Source of the DNA: Candidatus Shapirobacteria bacterium
GTDB lineage: Bacteria > Patescibacteriota > Microgenomatia > UBA12405 > BS750m-G30
NCBI GenBank assembly: GCA_043817235.1
Contig: JBDRHA010000011.1
Coordinates: 35,223 to 99,222 of the forward strand
Length of the DNA: 64,000 bases
Direction: 5' to 3'
The stretch's first letter is position 1. Each line of letters begins with the position of its first letter. The notes under the pieces were generated by a model. It had not been told where the DNA came from. It saw only the letters and a list, made by a program, of their open reading frames with translations, and searched no databases. The position numbers were made by a program, and so were the translations under genes. Shown here piece after piece: positions 19,857 through 28,413 of the stretch.

Positions 19857-19924
19857 AACGGAGCGTGGCGCCGCGCCCGCTAACGCCTGAGCGTAGCGAT
19901 GGCGGGCGGGTAATTGGCAAGCAC
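19857..19924 (+). repeat. duplicated 5' fragment of tRNA-Pro interrupted by a 40-nt palindromic insert
   Basis: aacggagcgtggcgc (19857-19871) equals 20161-20175; after the insert (19872-19911) aattggcaagcac resumes the tRNA's aattggctagcgc. Confidence 0.85.
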
Positions 19925-19925
19925 T

Positions 19926-20162
19926 ATGTATATTACCTATGTTTTAAAAAGTAAAAAAGATAATAAGTTATACATCGGATACACTAAGAATATAGAAGCA
20001 AGACTAGAAGAACACAATCACGGATTGGTCAATGCAACGAAAAATAGAAGGCCGTTCGAAGTAGTTTATTTCGAAGCATGCAGAAACAAACATAAAGCTT
20101 TACAAAGAGAAAAATATTTTAAAACAGGTTTTGGAAGAAGATTTTTGAAAACAAGAATTTAA
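19926..20162 (+). CDS. stand-alone GIY-YIG nuclease (YhbQ/UPF0213-like, 78 aa)
   Basis: TYVLKS...LYIGYT...RLEEHN...ALQREKYFK motifs. Confidence 0.9.
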   Translation: MYITYVLKSKKDNKLYIGYTKNIEARLEEHNHGLVNATKNRRPFEVVYFEACRNKHKALQREKYFKTGFGRRFLKTRI

Positions 20163-20236
20163 CGGAGCGTGGCGCAATTGGCTAGCGCGTTCGGATGGGG
20201 TCCGAAAGGCTGCGGGTTCAAATCCCGCCGCTCCGA
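20163..20236 (+). tRNA. tRNA-Pro(GGG), CCA not encoded
   Basis: Acceptor cggagcg/cgctccg, D stem gcgc/gcgc, anticodon arm ttcgg-atGGGgt-ccgaa, T arm gcggg-ttcaaat-cccgc. Confidence 0.97.
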
Positions 20237-20263
20237 CACATGTTTTAAGATATATAATAAGTT

Positions 20264-22135
20264 ATGGATCAAACTGAAGGACAACCTAAGTTCGAGATTC
20301 AAGCAGTAATTGAACAAAAACCATTTGCAGCCAGAACCGCAAGGTCTTTTTTTAGCAAATGGTGCGAAATAAATAGCTCTATTCAGCCAGAATTTATTGA
20401 CCGAGAGACGTGGGAAGCAAGAAACCAAGAAGGCATCTTGGAAGAAAGATCGGGCGGAAAACAGGTTCTTTTTATTCCTAAAGATTTACATCTTTGGGAA
20501 ATGATCGGGGTAATGGAAGCCATAGACAACTCTACCTTCGCCGCAAAACTGGAAAGACGAACTGAAGCAAAAGAGAAATTATTAAAGCTTGGAAAAAATT
20601 TTCAAGATGCCGGGGCTTACATTGCCCAACGATTAGGCGGAATTAACGAAGGCAAGGGCATAGCAGAGGCACTTGCTCTGGAATTCTATGGCTATGGACA
20701 GTCTCTAATCTCAGGAAAAAAACCAAAAGATGCTTCTAGTATAGAAGAAATTGCCGCAAGAGAACTCACACCGGAAGAACTAGAGGCAACTGATCGCTTT
20801 CTGACTGGAGAAAGTCTTTATAAATCTCGACAAAAAAGAGCTAAGAACAATCTTGAAAAAGAGCGGCAAAAAACTCTGGCCCAGTTTTTCCGTCTAGCCG
20901 AGAAAGCTTTTACTCTTACCAAGAGAAGCGAACTCCACAAGCCCAGCACAAGGTTAAAACCATGGCAGAGTGACGCACCAATCCATGCTGTATTTCTCGA
21001 AAGAGTGGAAAAAGCAGTAACTCAAAAGATCAAAACTCCCGAAAGAGAGCTCACGGCCGCAGTTTTTCGGCGCGGCCTAGAGAGACTGGCGAGTGAAATG
21101 AGAGAAACCACTGACATGCACGACGAAAGGACCGGAGAAATCACGCCAGGATGGAAAAGAGCTTTAAATAAGTTTCTTGTCAATATTGGGCTTGATCCAA
21201 TCATTGAGCAAAAAAGATTAATGGAAGTGCTCGAGATTCCGAAACTAAGAAACGAATTGAAAGATATCCACCGCTCAGGAGACTCTGTCCAAATAAGCAC
21301 TAAAGAGCGGGAAATTGCTGATAAAATCCAACGAGCAGTATCTGATTTTCCTTATCAAGAGTTTGCAAATAGTCCAGCGAAAATGATCGCTAAAAAATAC
21401 GTCAATTGCGTAGGAGCATCAATGCTGGGAGGCGCTTTAATGAAGGAAGTCGGGTTAAGGTACTTAGTCGCAGATGCGCCCGACCATTCCGTAATCCTTC
21501 TTATAACCAATGACGGAGAAGTTGAATTGCGAGACATGGGAAGGGTTTCAGGAAATGTAAAGTTAAAAGATGAAATGATTAAAAAGCAAAAAGAAGATGG
21601 CAGTCTTCTTGCCGTAAAAGACATTGTGGCCTTCAGCCTTAACCCTTCGCCTAAAGGGTTAAGGTTTGATGTTATCAGCCCGGTTTATCGTATTATTTTC
21701 CCCTGGGTGCAAGCAATTGATCGGCCATATTTGACTGTATTCGGGCCTGAACACGGAGAACAAGCTCAGGTATTAGGAAATACTGCTAACACTTTTTGGT
21801 CCATACTTAATTTCGAAAAAAGCACTGAAGGTTATCGTCGGGTTATAGCAACTGATCCGAATAAAAGTACGGTATATTTTAATTTGGGTCTTGCTTTTTA
21901 CGCTCACAGTCGGGAGAAAGAAGCAATAAAATTTTTTCGGCAAGCATTAGTTATTAATCCCAAGTTTGCAGATGCTTACTATGAACTAGCCCAGGTCTTC
22001 CAATCTTATAAGCGCTATCAGGAAGCAGCTGAAACATACCGGGAATTTATTGGTCTAGCAGATGAAAATAGAGATAAAAGAAAAATAAAAAGAGCTAAGC
22101 GAATGATTGCTAAATTAGCAAAAAGATCTAATTAA
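20264..22135 (+). CDS. TPR-repeat protein with putative transglutaminase-like (Cys-His-Asp) domain
   Basis: NCVGASML...PDHSVILL...ELRD; C-terminal TPRs (YFNLG...ALVINPKFADAYYELA). Confidence 0.7.
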   Translation: MDQTEGQPKFEIQAVIEQKPFAARTARSFFSKWCEINSSIQPEFIDRETWEARNQEGILEERSGGKQVLFIPKDLHLWEMIGVMEAIDNSTFAAKLERRTEAKEKLLKLGKNFQDAGAYIAQRLGGINEGKGIAEALALEFYGYGQSLISGKKPKDASSIEEIAARELTPEELEATDRFLTGESLYKSRQKRAKNNLEKERQKTLAQFFRLAEKAFTLTKRSELHKPSTRLKPWQSDAPIHAVFLERVEKAVTQKIKTPERELTAAVFRRGLERLASEMRETTDMHDERTGEITPGWKRALNKFLVNIGLDPIIEQKRLMEVLEIPKLRNELKDIHRSGDSVQISTKEREIADKIQRAVSDFPYQEFANSPAKMIAKKYVNCVGASMLGGALMKEVGLRYLVADAPDHSVILLITNDGEVELRDMGRVSGNVKLKDEMIKKQKEDGSLLAVKDIVAFSLNPSPKGLRFDVISPVYRIIFPWVQAIDRPYLTVFGPEHGEQAQVLGNTANTFWSILNFEKSTEGYRRVIATDPNKSTVYFNLGLAFYAHSREKEAIKFFRQALVINPKFADAYYELAQVFQSYKRYQEAAETYREFIGLADENRDKRKIKRAKRMIAKLAKRSN

Positions 22136-22875
22136 GCCAACTGGATATAGGTAATATTTCTATCCCCAAAATAGGATACTAGAGAATCTTTGTCGTGAGA
22201 AACAGAAGTAAAATCAATCCCAGTACATTTATTCTCAACCAATGCTTGTTTCGCTTTATCGTTTACATAAAACCCAATCGGGTTGACTACGGTTGGAGAA
22301 AAAAACAAATCCAAGTCTTTATATAGTCCCGATTTTATAGCTAAGATTTCCGCCCAAACTTGGGTAACCTCTTTGGTATTCAAACTTTCTTTATCGGCTC
22401 TCATCACTTCTTTTGCCGAATTTAAATTTAATTGTTTTAACTTTTTTTTCGATATTACTTCAATCAGCCAAAATTTAGATTTTTTAAAGTCAATTTGTTT
22501 TAAATGCTCCTTTTGCTCGATAACCTGAAAGGCATTATAGCCGCCAATCTTTTTTCCCCTCTGTTTTAAGATAACCGAATGAATCTGATAAGGTGGTAAT
22601 TTTAAACCTAAAAAAATCTTTAGTAGTTTGTTACTAACAACTAAAACAGAGGGATTAAGAGGCACACAGCTAATAAGATCAGTTAAAGTTGCCCCGTCTA
22701 TTACCTCCAAATAGTTAAAATTTGGCTTAAGGTTAGGAAATTTAATCTGATTAAGTTTATAAACTGAATCAGGTGCGTTTTTATCGTAGTCCGGACTCAT
22801 TTTTCGGCATTGAGGATAGGGAGCCCTGCCAATTCCGGTTAATGAATGCTTTAGCAAATAGATCGCTGACTTCAT
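22132..22875 (-). CDS. putative Imm11/DUF1629-like immunity-family protein
   Basis: LTDLIS...LVVSNKL...IDFKKSKF...DLFF...FYVNDKAKQAL...TGIDF pattern recalled from Imm11-like proteins. Confidence 0.55.
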   Translation of the reverse strand: MKSAIYLLKHSLTGIGRAPYPQCRKMSPDYDKNAPDSVYKLNQIKFPNLKPNFNYLEVIDGATLTDLISCVPLNPSVLVVSNKLLKIFLGLKLPPYQIHSVILKQRGKKIGGYNAFQVIEQKEHLKQIDFKKSKFWLIEVISKKKLKQLNLNSAKEVMRADKESLNTKEVTQVWAEILAIKSGLYKDLDLFFSPTVVNPIGFYVNDKAKQALVENKCTGIDFTSVSHDKDSLVSYFGDRNITYIQLA

Positions 22876-22926
22876 AGCCTAATTTTCCCAAAACCTAACT
22901 GCCCTTGTCAATTATCAAACTAAAGC

Positions 22927-22951
22927 TTATCTCTTCAGAGATTGCTTTTTC
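22927..22951 (-). repeat. degenerate copy A of rpsI 3' end
   Basis: ttatctcttcagagattgctttttc vs rpsI 28003-28027 ttacctcttcggagactgctttttc (22/25); reads KKQSLKR* on - strand. Confidence 0.85.
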
Positions 22952-22990
22952 CCTTTTCAAAAAAACTCTGATTTTGATAAAATTAACTGA

Positions 22991-23936
22991 ATGAAAAAAA
23001 TTTTATTAATTGATGCTGACGGCATAGTAATTGAGCCACGCGATAGGTATTTTAGCGAAAAGTTTTCTGAAGAATATAATGTTCCTCTTGAAAAAATTCT
23101 TCCATTTTTTAAAAACGAGTATAAAAAGGCATCTTTAGGAAAGATTGATCTAAGAAAAGCCTTACCGGCTTACCTCAAAAGGTGGGGGCTGGAAAAAAAG
23201 CGTGAATGACTTTCTTGAATACTGGTTTGAGAGTGAAAAGAAAGTAGACAAACAAATAATAAGCCTGGTAGATAATTTAAGAAAAAGAGGCATTAAGTGC
23301 TATCTTGTTTCTGATAACGAAAAAAGAAGAACAGAGTATTTATGGGACAATTTAAATTTAAAAAATCATTTTGATGGTGCTTTTTCCTCCTCTGCCTCAG
23401 GGGTCACAAAATCGGAAAAATCCTTTTTCCAAAAAATATTAACCAAGTTATCAGCGACACCCTCTGAAATAATTTACTGGGACGATGATCTTAAAAACGT
23501 TAAGACTGGAAAAGCAGCAGGGATAGAATCTTATTTTTACAAAGATTTTGGGGAATTTATTAGAAGGTTAGACAAAGTATTACCTAAAGTAATGAAAAAA
23601 GTTATGGCCTTCAATAGTGATGATTTTTATTGCGATCTAGTTTTTAGCAAGAAAATTAAAGTGAAAATTGTTAAAGAAACAAAAGAACTATTAGCTTTTT
23701 ATCATACTCGGCCAAGCTGGTCGACTCATATCGTAATTGTCCCCAAAAAACATATTGCTAAACTTACAGACGTAAAAGACATGAATCTGATTAAAGAAAT
23801 TTTTTCTATTGCTAAAGAAATTATTATCGAAAATGATTGGGATAATAAAAACTTCAAAATAATTTCGAATGGCGGAACTTTTCAAGATTCCGAACATCTT
23901 CATTTTCATCTCGTTTCCGGAAAGAAAATAAGATAG
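22991..23936 (+). pseudogene. HAD phosphatase-HIT hydrolase fusion, split by a +1 frameshift
   Basis: HAD motif I (IDADG) in the first ORF; motifs II-IV and HIT HLHFH in the second; deleting one G of G5 (23184-23188) restores RWGWKKSVNDFLEYWF. Confidence 0.75.
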
Positions 23937-23941
23937 ATCAG

Positions 23942-23962
23942 AGGAGATTGCTTTTTCTTTCT
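23942..23962 (-). repeat. degenerate copy B of rpsI 3' end
   Basis: - strand aga aag aaa aag caa tct cct = RKKKQSP, the same peptide as the rpsI C-terminus with synonymous changes. Confidence 0.75.
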
Positions 23963-24043
23963 ATTACTATTAACAATAACTTTTGTTAAAATTGACAGGT
24001 GAAAATTACCTAAGCTTTGGAGGAGTTATTTCGAAACGATTTA

Positions 24044-24886
24044 ATGAAAAAATCAAATTCGATCATCTTATTCAAACAGAAAAAAATTCGTCGCACTTGG
24101 GACGAACAAAAGGAACTATGGTATTTCTCGATTGTTGATGTTGTTGGTATATTGACTGGTAGCCCAAGACCACGAAAATACTGGAATGCTCTTAAAACAA
24201 AGCTAAAAGAGGAAGGAAGTGAGTTGCCCCAAAAAGTGGGACAACTGAAATTAAAATCATCTGACGGAAAAAAATATTTTACAGATGTCGCTGTTGTAGA
24301 AACTCTTTTAAGACTGATTCAATCAATTCCATCGCCTAAAGCTGAGCCATTTAAGGTATGACTGGCTAAAGTGGGTTATGAAAGAATTGAAGAGACCGAA
24401 GATCCTGAGCGTGCAATAGATAGAGCGATGAAAACTTATTTGCAAAAAGGATACTCAAAAGAATGGATAAATCAGCGATTAAAAAGCATTGAAGTCAGAA
24501 AAGAACTTACCGATGAATGGCAAGACAGAAAGATGAAAGAGGGACTGGAATGCGCAATATTGACAGATGAAATTACAAAAGCTTGGGCTGACAAAAGCGT
24601 TAGAACTTATAAAAAGTTCAAGGGCCTAAAAAGAGAAAATCTGCGGGATAATATGACAAATTTGGAGTTGATTCTCAATATGCTGGCAGAGGCCCCTACA
24701 ACGGAAATATCTAAAAAGCAACTGCCGAGGGGGCAAAAATAAAAATGATCAGTAGCCCGCAAAGGTGGCTGCGCAGCCAAGAAAGCAAGACTTGAAATTG
24801 AAAAACAAACTGGAGAAAAAGTTGTTAGCCCTAAAAATGCTAAACGTTTACACGGGAAAGAATCAAAGAAATTACCAACAAACTAA
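24044..24886 (+). pseudogene. Bro-N domain (antirepressor-like) protein with three in-frame stops
   Basis: WYFSIVDVV, QSIPSPKAEPFKV*LAKVGYERI, NLRDNM; stops at 24359-61, 24740-42 and 24746-48; family-like sequence continues in the same frame to TAA 24886. Confidence 0.85.
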
Positions 24887-24887
24887 T

Positions 24888-24902
24888 TTACCTCTTCGGA
24901 GA
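24888..24902 (-). repeat. copy C of rpsI 3' end
   Basis: ttacctcttcggaga, identical to 28003-28017 (SPKR*). Confidence 0.8.
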
Positions 24903-24919
24903 TTTTTTTAATAGACTAA

Positions 24920-24948
24920 TTGACAAAATTTTACAGGAAAGATAAACT
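24920..24948 (+). promoter_or_regulatory. sigma70-type promoter of the DUF3160 cassette
   Basis: TTGACA-17nt-TAAACT. Confidence 0.7.
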
Positions 24949-24962
24949 GGGTTCATACCTCT

Positions 24963-27287
24963 ATGACTATGGAAGATCAAAATTATAATCAGATTGTGCC
25001 GGAAAATCTTCAAACCGCGCCACCCATTGTTCCTAAACCAAAAAACAAGAAAAAGTTTTTTATAGTTTCAGGAATTTTAGGAACTCTAATAATTACTTTT
25101 CTAGCCTTTTACTTGGGGCAGTTAAGCCGGGAAACATTAAAGGAAGCCCCTCAAAACACTAATAATCCAGCTTCTATTTTGACTGCTAATTTCGCTACCT
25201 ATGAAGAAATACCGGTAAACATCAACCCGAAAATCCCGCCTTATTCGGTCAGCCAAGACCTGAGCAATGTTTTAAATGCAGAAGATTTTACTTTTTCTTC
25301 AGAAGTGAAAGATTTATTAGTAAAAAACGCCTTTGCTGTAAGACCAGCTCACAACGACGAGTTTTTCTCGCTTTACGAGTCAAATCGCTATAACTACACA
25401 CCGAATTTCATTACTACTGATTCCATGATCCATAATTACCACTTGATGTTCGATTTCTTGCTAAAACAGCTTGAGGAGCAAAAACTTGCAGATGAGCTAA
25501 AACAGTTAAGCGCGAATATGCTTTCTGAGTCATTAAGTCAACATAGTAGTTTGAAAGGAACAGAATGGGAAAATGCCGCGAAAAGGAATGTCGGATTTTT
25601 CACTGTCGGCAGTAAACTTCTGGACCCATCGCTAGCCGTTCCTTCCCTTGTCACAAATGAGGTAAACCAAGAACTAACTCTTATCGAAGCTCATCAGAAC
25701 ATAGAGAAGTCGCCTGTAATGAGTATTGGCAGCGCCAATAATACTATGATCGATACCCCGCAAGGACTACAATCACTAGAGGCGCTAAAAGAAGATTATT
25801 CCCAATATATACCTCGTGGACATTATGACAAAACAGAACAGCTAAAAGCCTATTTTAAGTCAATGATGTGGTATGGACGTCTAACTTTCAGAATGAAAAA
25901 TGATGATGAAATAAAATCAGCCTTACTTATCACTTTGGCTCTCAGCAAAGAGGACAATCAAAACAGCTGGAATAAGATTTACGAGCCGGTGAATTTCTTT
26001 GTGGGCAAGAGCGATGACATTACGTATTATCAATTAAAGGATTTAGTAGAAAAAGTTTACGGTACGAATGCGACAATTCAATTGGTAGCAAATGATAAAA
26101 ATAAACTTGCCTCTTTCATTGACGAAACTAAAAATTTGGAACCACCGCAAATAAATTCCATACCCATTTTTGAAGCTTCAATCCAAGCCGATAGAGAAAA
26201 AGAAATTAAGGGGTTTCGCTTTATGGGGCAAAGATTCACTATCGATGCTTCTATCTTTCAACGACTAGTTTATCGGGAAGTTGGCGATAAAACTAAATCT
26301 TGTCAAGAATTTAAACCAAACGAAACAGGCTGCCTGCAAGGAGCGCGGTGTCTTCCTAAAGGGCTAGATATCCCTGCGACTCTAGGATCAAACGAGGCTA
26401 AAAATACATTGAAAGGATTAGGTGAAACCAGCTATTCTTGCTACTCGGAAAACATGGCCAAAATGAACGAGTACATTACCAGTCTTAATACAGAGACCTG
26501 GACTCAAAACTTATATTGGGGTTGGCTATATCAACTTCGCCCGCTCCTTGATGAAAAATTGAGCGGTTATCCAAGTTTTATGCAAAACACCGCCTGGCTA
26601 AGAAAAGATCTCAGCGCGTTTTTGGGGAGTTGGACAGAATTGAAGCATGATACCATACTTTACGCAAAACAAGTTTATGCCGAGTTTGGCGGAGGCCTTA
26701 TCGAAGAAAAAGACGATCGCGGTTATGTTGAGCCGAATCCTTTTGTTTACGCGCGTCTTGCTTCACTTCTGAGAATGACAAGCGAAGGACTAGAAATACG
26801 AGGATTATTAACAACAAGCATGAAAGATAATTTAAGCAAATTGGAACAATTAGCAGTGTCGCTCAAAATAATATCGGAAAAAGAATTGAATAATGAAGAA
26901 TTAACTAACGAAGAATACGAGCTTATTCGCTCGTATGGTGGGCAATTAGAGCATTTTTGGCTGGAAGTTAACAAAGATGAAGCAACCTTCAAAGAGTCTA
27001 CCAGTCAAGAAGACTACCTAAACGAGAATCCGGCTGCCATTGTGGCGGATGTTGCTACTGACCCGAATGGAAGAGTACTAGAAGAGGGCACTGGTAATAT
27101 TTTTGAGATCTTTGTCGTAATTCCGATTGATGGTAAATTAAGAATTGCCAAAGGCGGTGTTTATTCCTACTACGAGTTTACTTGGCCTCTCTCAGAGAGA
27201 CTAACTGACAAGAAATGGCGAGAAATAATTGACTCCGACCAAACCCCCCAGCTACCGGAATGGACTAATAATTATATAGCCCAGTAG
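24963..27287 (+). CDS. DUF3160 family membrane-anchored protein
   Basis: FITTDSMIHNYH, EDYSQYIPRGHY, FRFMGQRF, SWTELKHDTILYAKQ, GYVEP. Confidence 0.9.
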   Translation: MTMEDQNYNQIVPENLQTAPPIVPKPKNKKKFFIVSGILGTLIITFLAFYLGQLSRETLKEAPQNTNNPASILTANFATYEEIPVNINPKIPPYSVSQDLSNVLNAEDFTFSSEVKDLLVKNAFAVRPAHNDEFFSLYESNRYNYTPNFITTDSMIHNYHLMFDFLLKQLEEQKLADELKQLSANMLSESLSQHSSLKGTEWENAAKRNVGFFTVGSKLLDPSLAVPSLVTNEVNQELTLIEAHQNIEKSPVMSIGSANNTMIDTPQGLQSLEALKEDYSQYIPRGHYDKTEQLKAYFKSMMWYGRLTFRMKNDDEIKSALLITLALSKEDNQNSWNKIYEPVNFFVGKSDDITYYQLKDLVEKVYGTNATIQLVANDKNKLASFIDETKNLEPPQINSIPIFEASIQADREKEIKGFRFMGQRFTIDASIFQRLVYREVGDKTKSCQEFKPNETGCLQGARCLPKGLDIPATLGSNEAKNTLKGLGETSYSCYSENMAKMNEYITSLNTETWTQNLYWGWLYQLRPLLDEKLSGYPSFMQNTAWLRKDLSAFLGSWTELKHDTILYAKQVYAEFGGGLIEEKDDRGYVEPNPFVYARLASLLRMTSEGLEIRGLLTTSMKDNLSKLEQLAVSLKIISEKELNNEELTNEEYELIRSYGGQLEHFWLEVNKDEATFKESTSQEDYLNENPAAIVADVATDPNGRVLEEGTGNIFEIFVVIPIDGKLRIAKGGVYSYYEFTWPLSERLTDKKWREIIDSDQTPQLPEWTNNYIAQ

Positions 27288-27316
27288 ACAAATTTATTAC
27301 CATTACGAAAAGATGG

Positions 27317-27997
27317 ATGCAAAGAAAAATCGCAGGGTCAATTTTATTATCTTTCGTTTTTGTTGCTATCCTTTGGGGTTGTAAGCACTATTACCGAAGG
27401 CATTTTCCCTACTCATCAGTTTATTTTGGCAATAGCATTGCTTCAAAAAAAGAAATGGCTGACCTGGATAATAATTCCAGTCCAGAGACTTATTGTCTTG
27501 AAAACGGACGTCTGACCATCAAGGAAAATACAAAAACTGTTTGGCAATCACCCCTTGAGTGGCAGATAGATGATTTTGTTATTGAAGATTCTAATAACGA
27601 TGGCGTCTTGGATATAAATTTATCTCTTTGGAAACCAGGAAATTTTGGCACATCAAGGCCATTTTGGGTTGAAGAAAACGACATGAGCGTAAAAAATCAT
27701 TTTTTCGTTTTAGATTTTATTAACGGTTCGACAAAACAAATTTGGGGCTCTTCTAGTCTCAGTGAGCCAAATTGCGAATTTCAAATCGCTGATATTGATA
27801 ATGATGGAAAAAATGATTTGATCGTAATCGAAGGAGACTATTCCCAAAAACCAGATTGTAACGGAAATTATCTTGCTGTTTGGAAATGGAACGGCTGGGG
27901 ATTTTCAAATGAGTGGCGAAGTGAAAAAGGAAATTTTTCTCACTTTGAGATTGAAAAAATTGATGAAAAAGAGTACATTATCGCAAATCCGCCATGA
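27317..27997 (+). CDS. exported protein with FG-GAP/VCBS-like Dx(D/N)xDG repeats
   Basis: N-terminal TM; ADLDNNS, EDSNNDG, ADIDNDGKNDL; WKWNGWGF. Confidence 0.7.
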   Translation: MQRKIAGSILLSFVFVAILWGCKHYYRRHFPYSSVYFGNSIASKKEMADLDNNSSPETYCLENGRLTIKENTKTVWQSPLEWQIDDFVIEDSNNDGVLDINLSLWKPGNFGTSRPFWVEENDMSVKNHFFVLDFINGSTKQIWGSSSLSEPNCEFQIADIDNDGKNDLIVIEGDYSQKPDCNGNYLAVWKWNGWGFSNEWRSEKGNFSHFEIEKIDEKEYIIANPP

Positions 27998-28002
27998 GAA
28001 AC

Positions 28003-28413
28003 TTACCTCTTCGGAGACTGCTTTTTCTTGCGGGCGCGGCCCATTTGCCCAGCTTTTCTTCTCTCTCTTATTCGCGAATCAACCGTGAGCAAGCCCTTCT
28101 CGCGCATGAGAGGCCTATAAACACCTTCGTTATACTTTACTAAAGCCCGAGCTAATGATAAAGATATTGCTTCTGCCTGGCTTTTAAAGCCGCCGCCTCT
28201 TACCCAAAAATAGCCATAAAACTTTCCTTGGCATTCACCGGCAATTAAAGGTTTTTCATAAATTGCCCTTAGTCTTTCGCCGGGAAAATATTTGGCAATT
28301 GGCCTTTGATTAACTGTAAATTCTCCCTTCCCTTCAAATAAGCGAAGGGTGGCCGAAGCCTCTTTTCTTCTTCCTTTGGAATATATGTATTTTTTCTTTC
28401 TGCCTTTAGCCAT
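28003..28413 (-). CDS. rpsI: 30S ribosomal protein S9
   Basis: GRRKEASA, VRGGG, RERRKAG, ARKKKQSPKR; start set at MAKGRKK. Confidence 0.97.
   Translation of the reverse strand: MAKGRKKKYIYSKGRRKEASATLRLFEGKGEFTVNQRPIAKYFPGERLRAIYEKPLIAGECQGKFYGYFWVRGGGFKSQAEAISLSLARALVKYNEGVYRPLMREKGLLTVDSRIRERRKAGQMGRARKKKQSPKR

Larger units (their letters stand above)
19857..28002. mobile_element. integrase-free accessory island between recA/tRNA-Pro and the rpsI 3' end
   Basis: Non-core genes, two pseudogenes, mostly + strand against - strand flanks, duplicated tRNA 5' end and three rpsI 3'-end copies. Confidence 0.65.

Noticed and set aside
19859-20236. Intron-containing or split tRNA with a homing endonuclease
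   Set aside because: The downstream tRNA is complete, and no group I/II core or bulge-helix-bulge is evident; it is a 5'-end duplication
23194-23200. In-frame A-AAA-AAG slippery heptamer as a programmed -1 frameshift
   Set aside because: The -1 frame hits TGA after one codon; the downstream domain is in the +1 frame
24359-24361. TGA at a conserved Trp codon suggesting stop-codon reassignment (code 4 or 25)
   Set aside because: Many core genes (rpsE, rplO, rplN, fusA) end in TGA, none has an internal TGA, and the same gene also has an in-frame TAA
22927-24902. rpsI-like repeats as a CRISPR array or integron attC sites
   Set aside because: Spacing is about 1 kb or more, the repeats are not palindromic, no cas or intI gene is present, and they match a coding 3' end
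27288-27316. Possible fourth rpsI 3'-end relic (ttaccattacgaaaagat)
   Set aside because: Only about 5 contiguous matches; indistinguishable from chance
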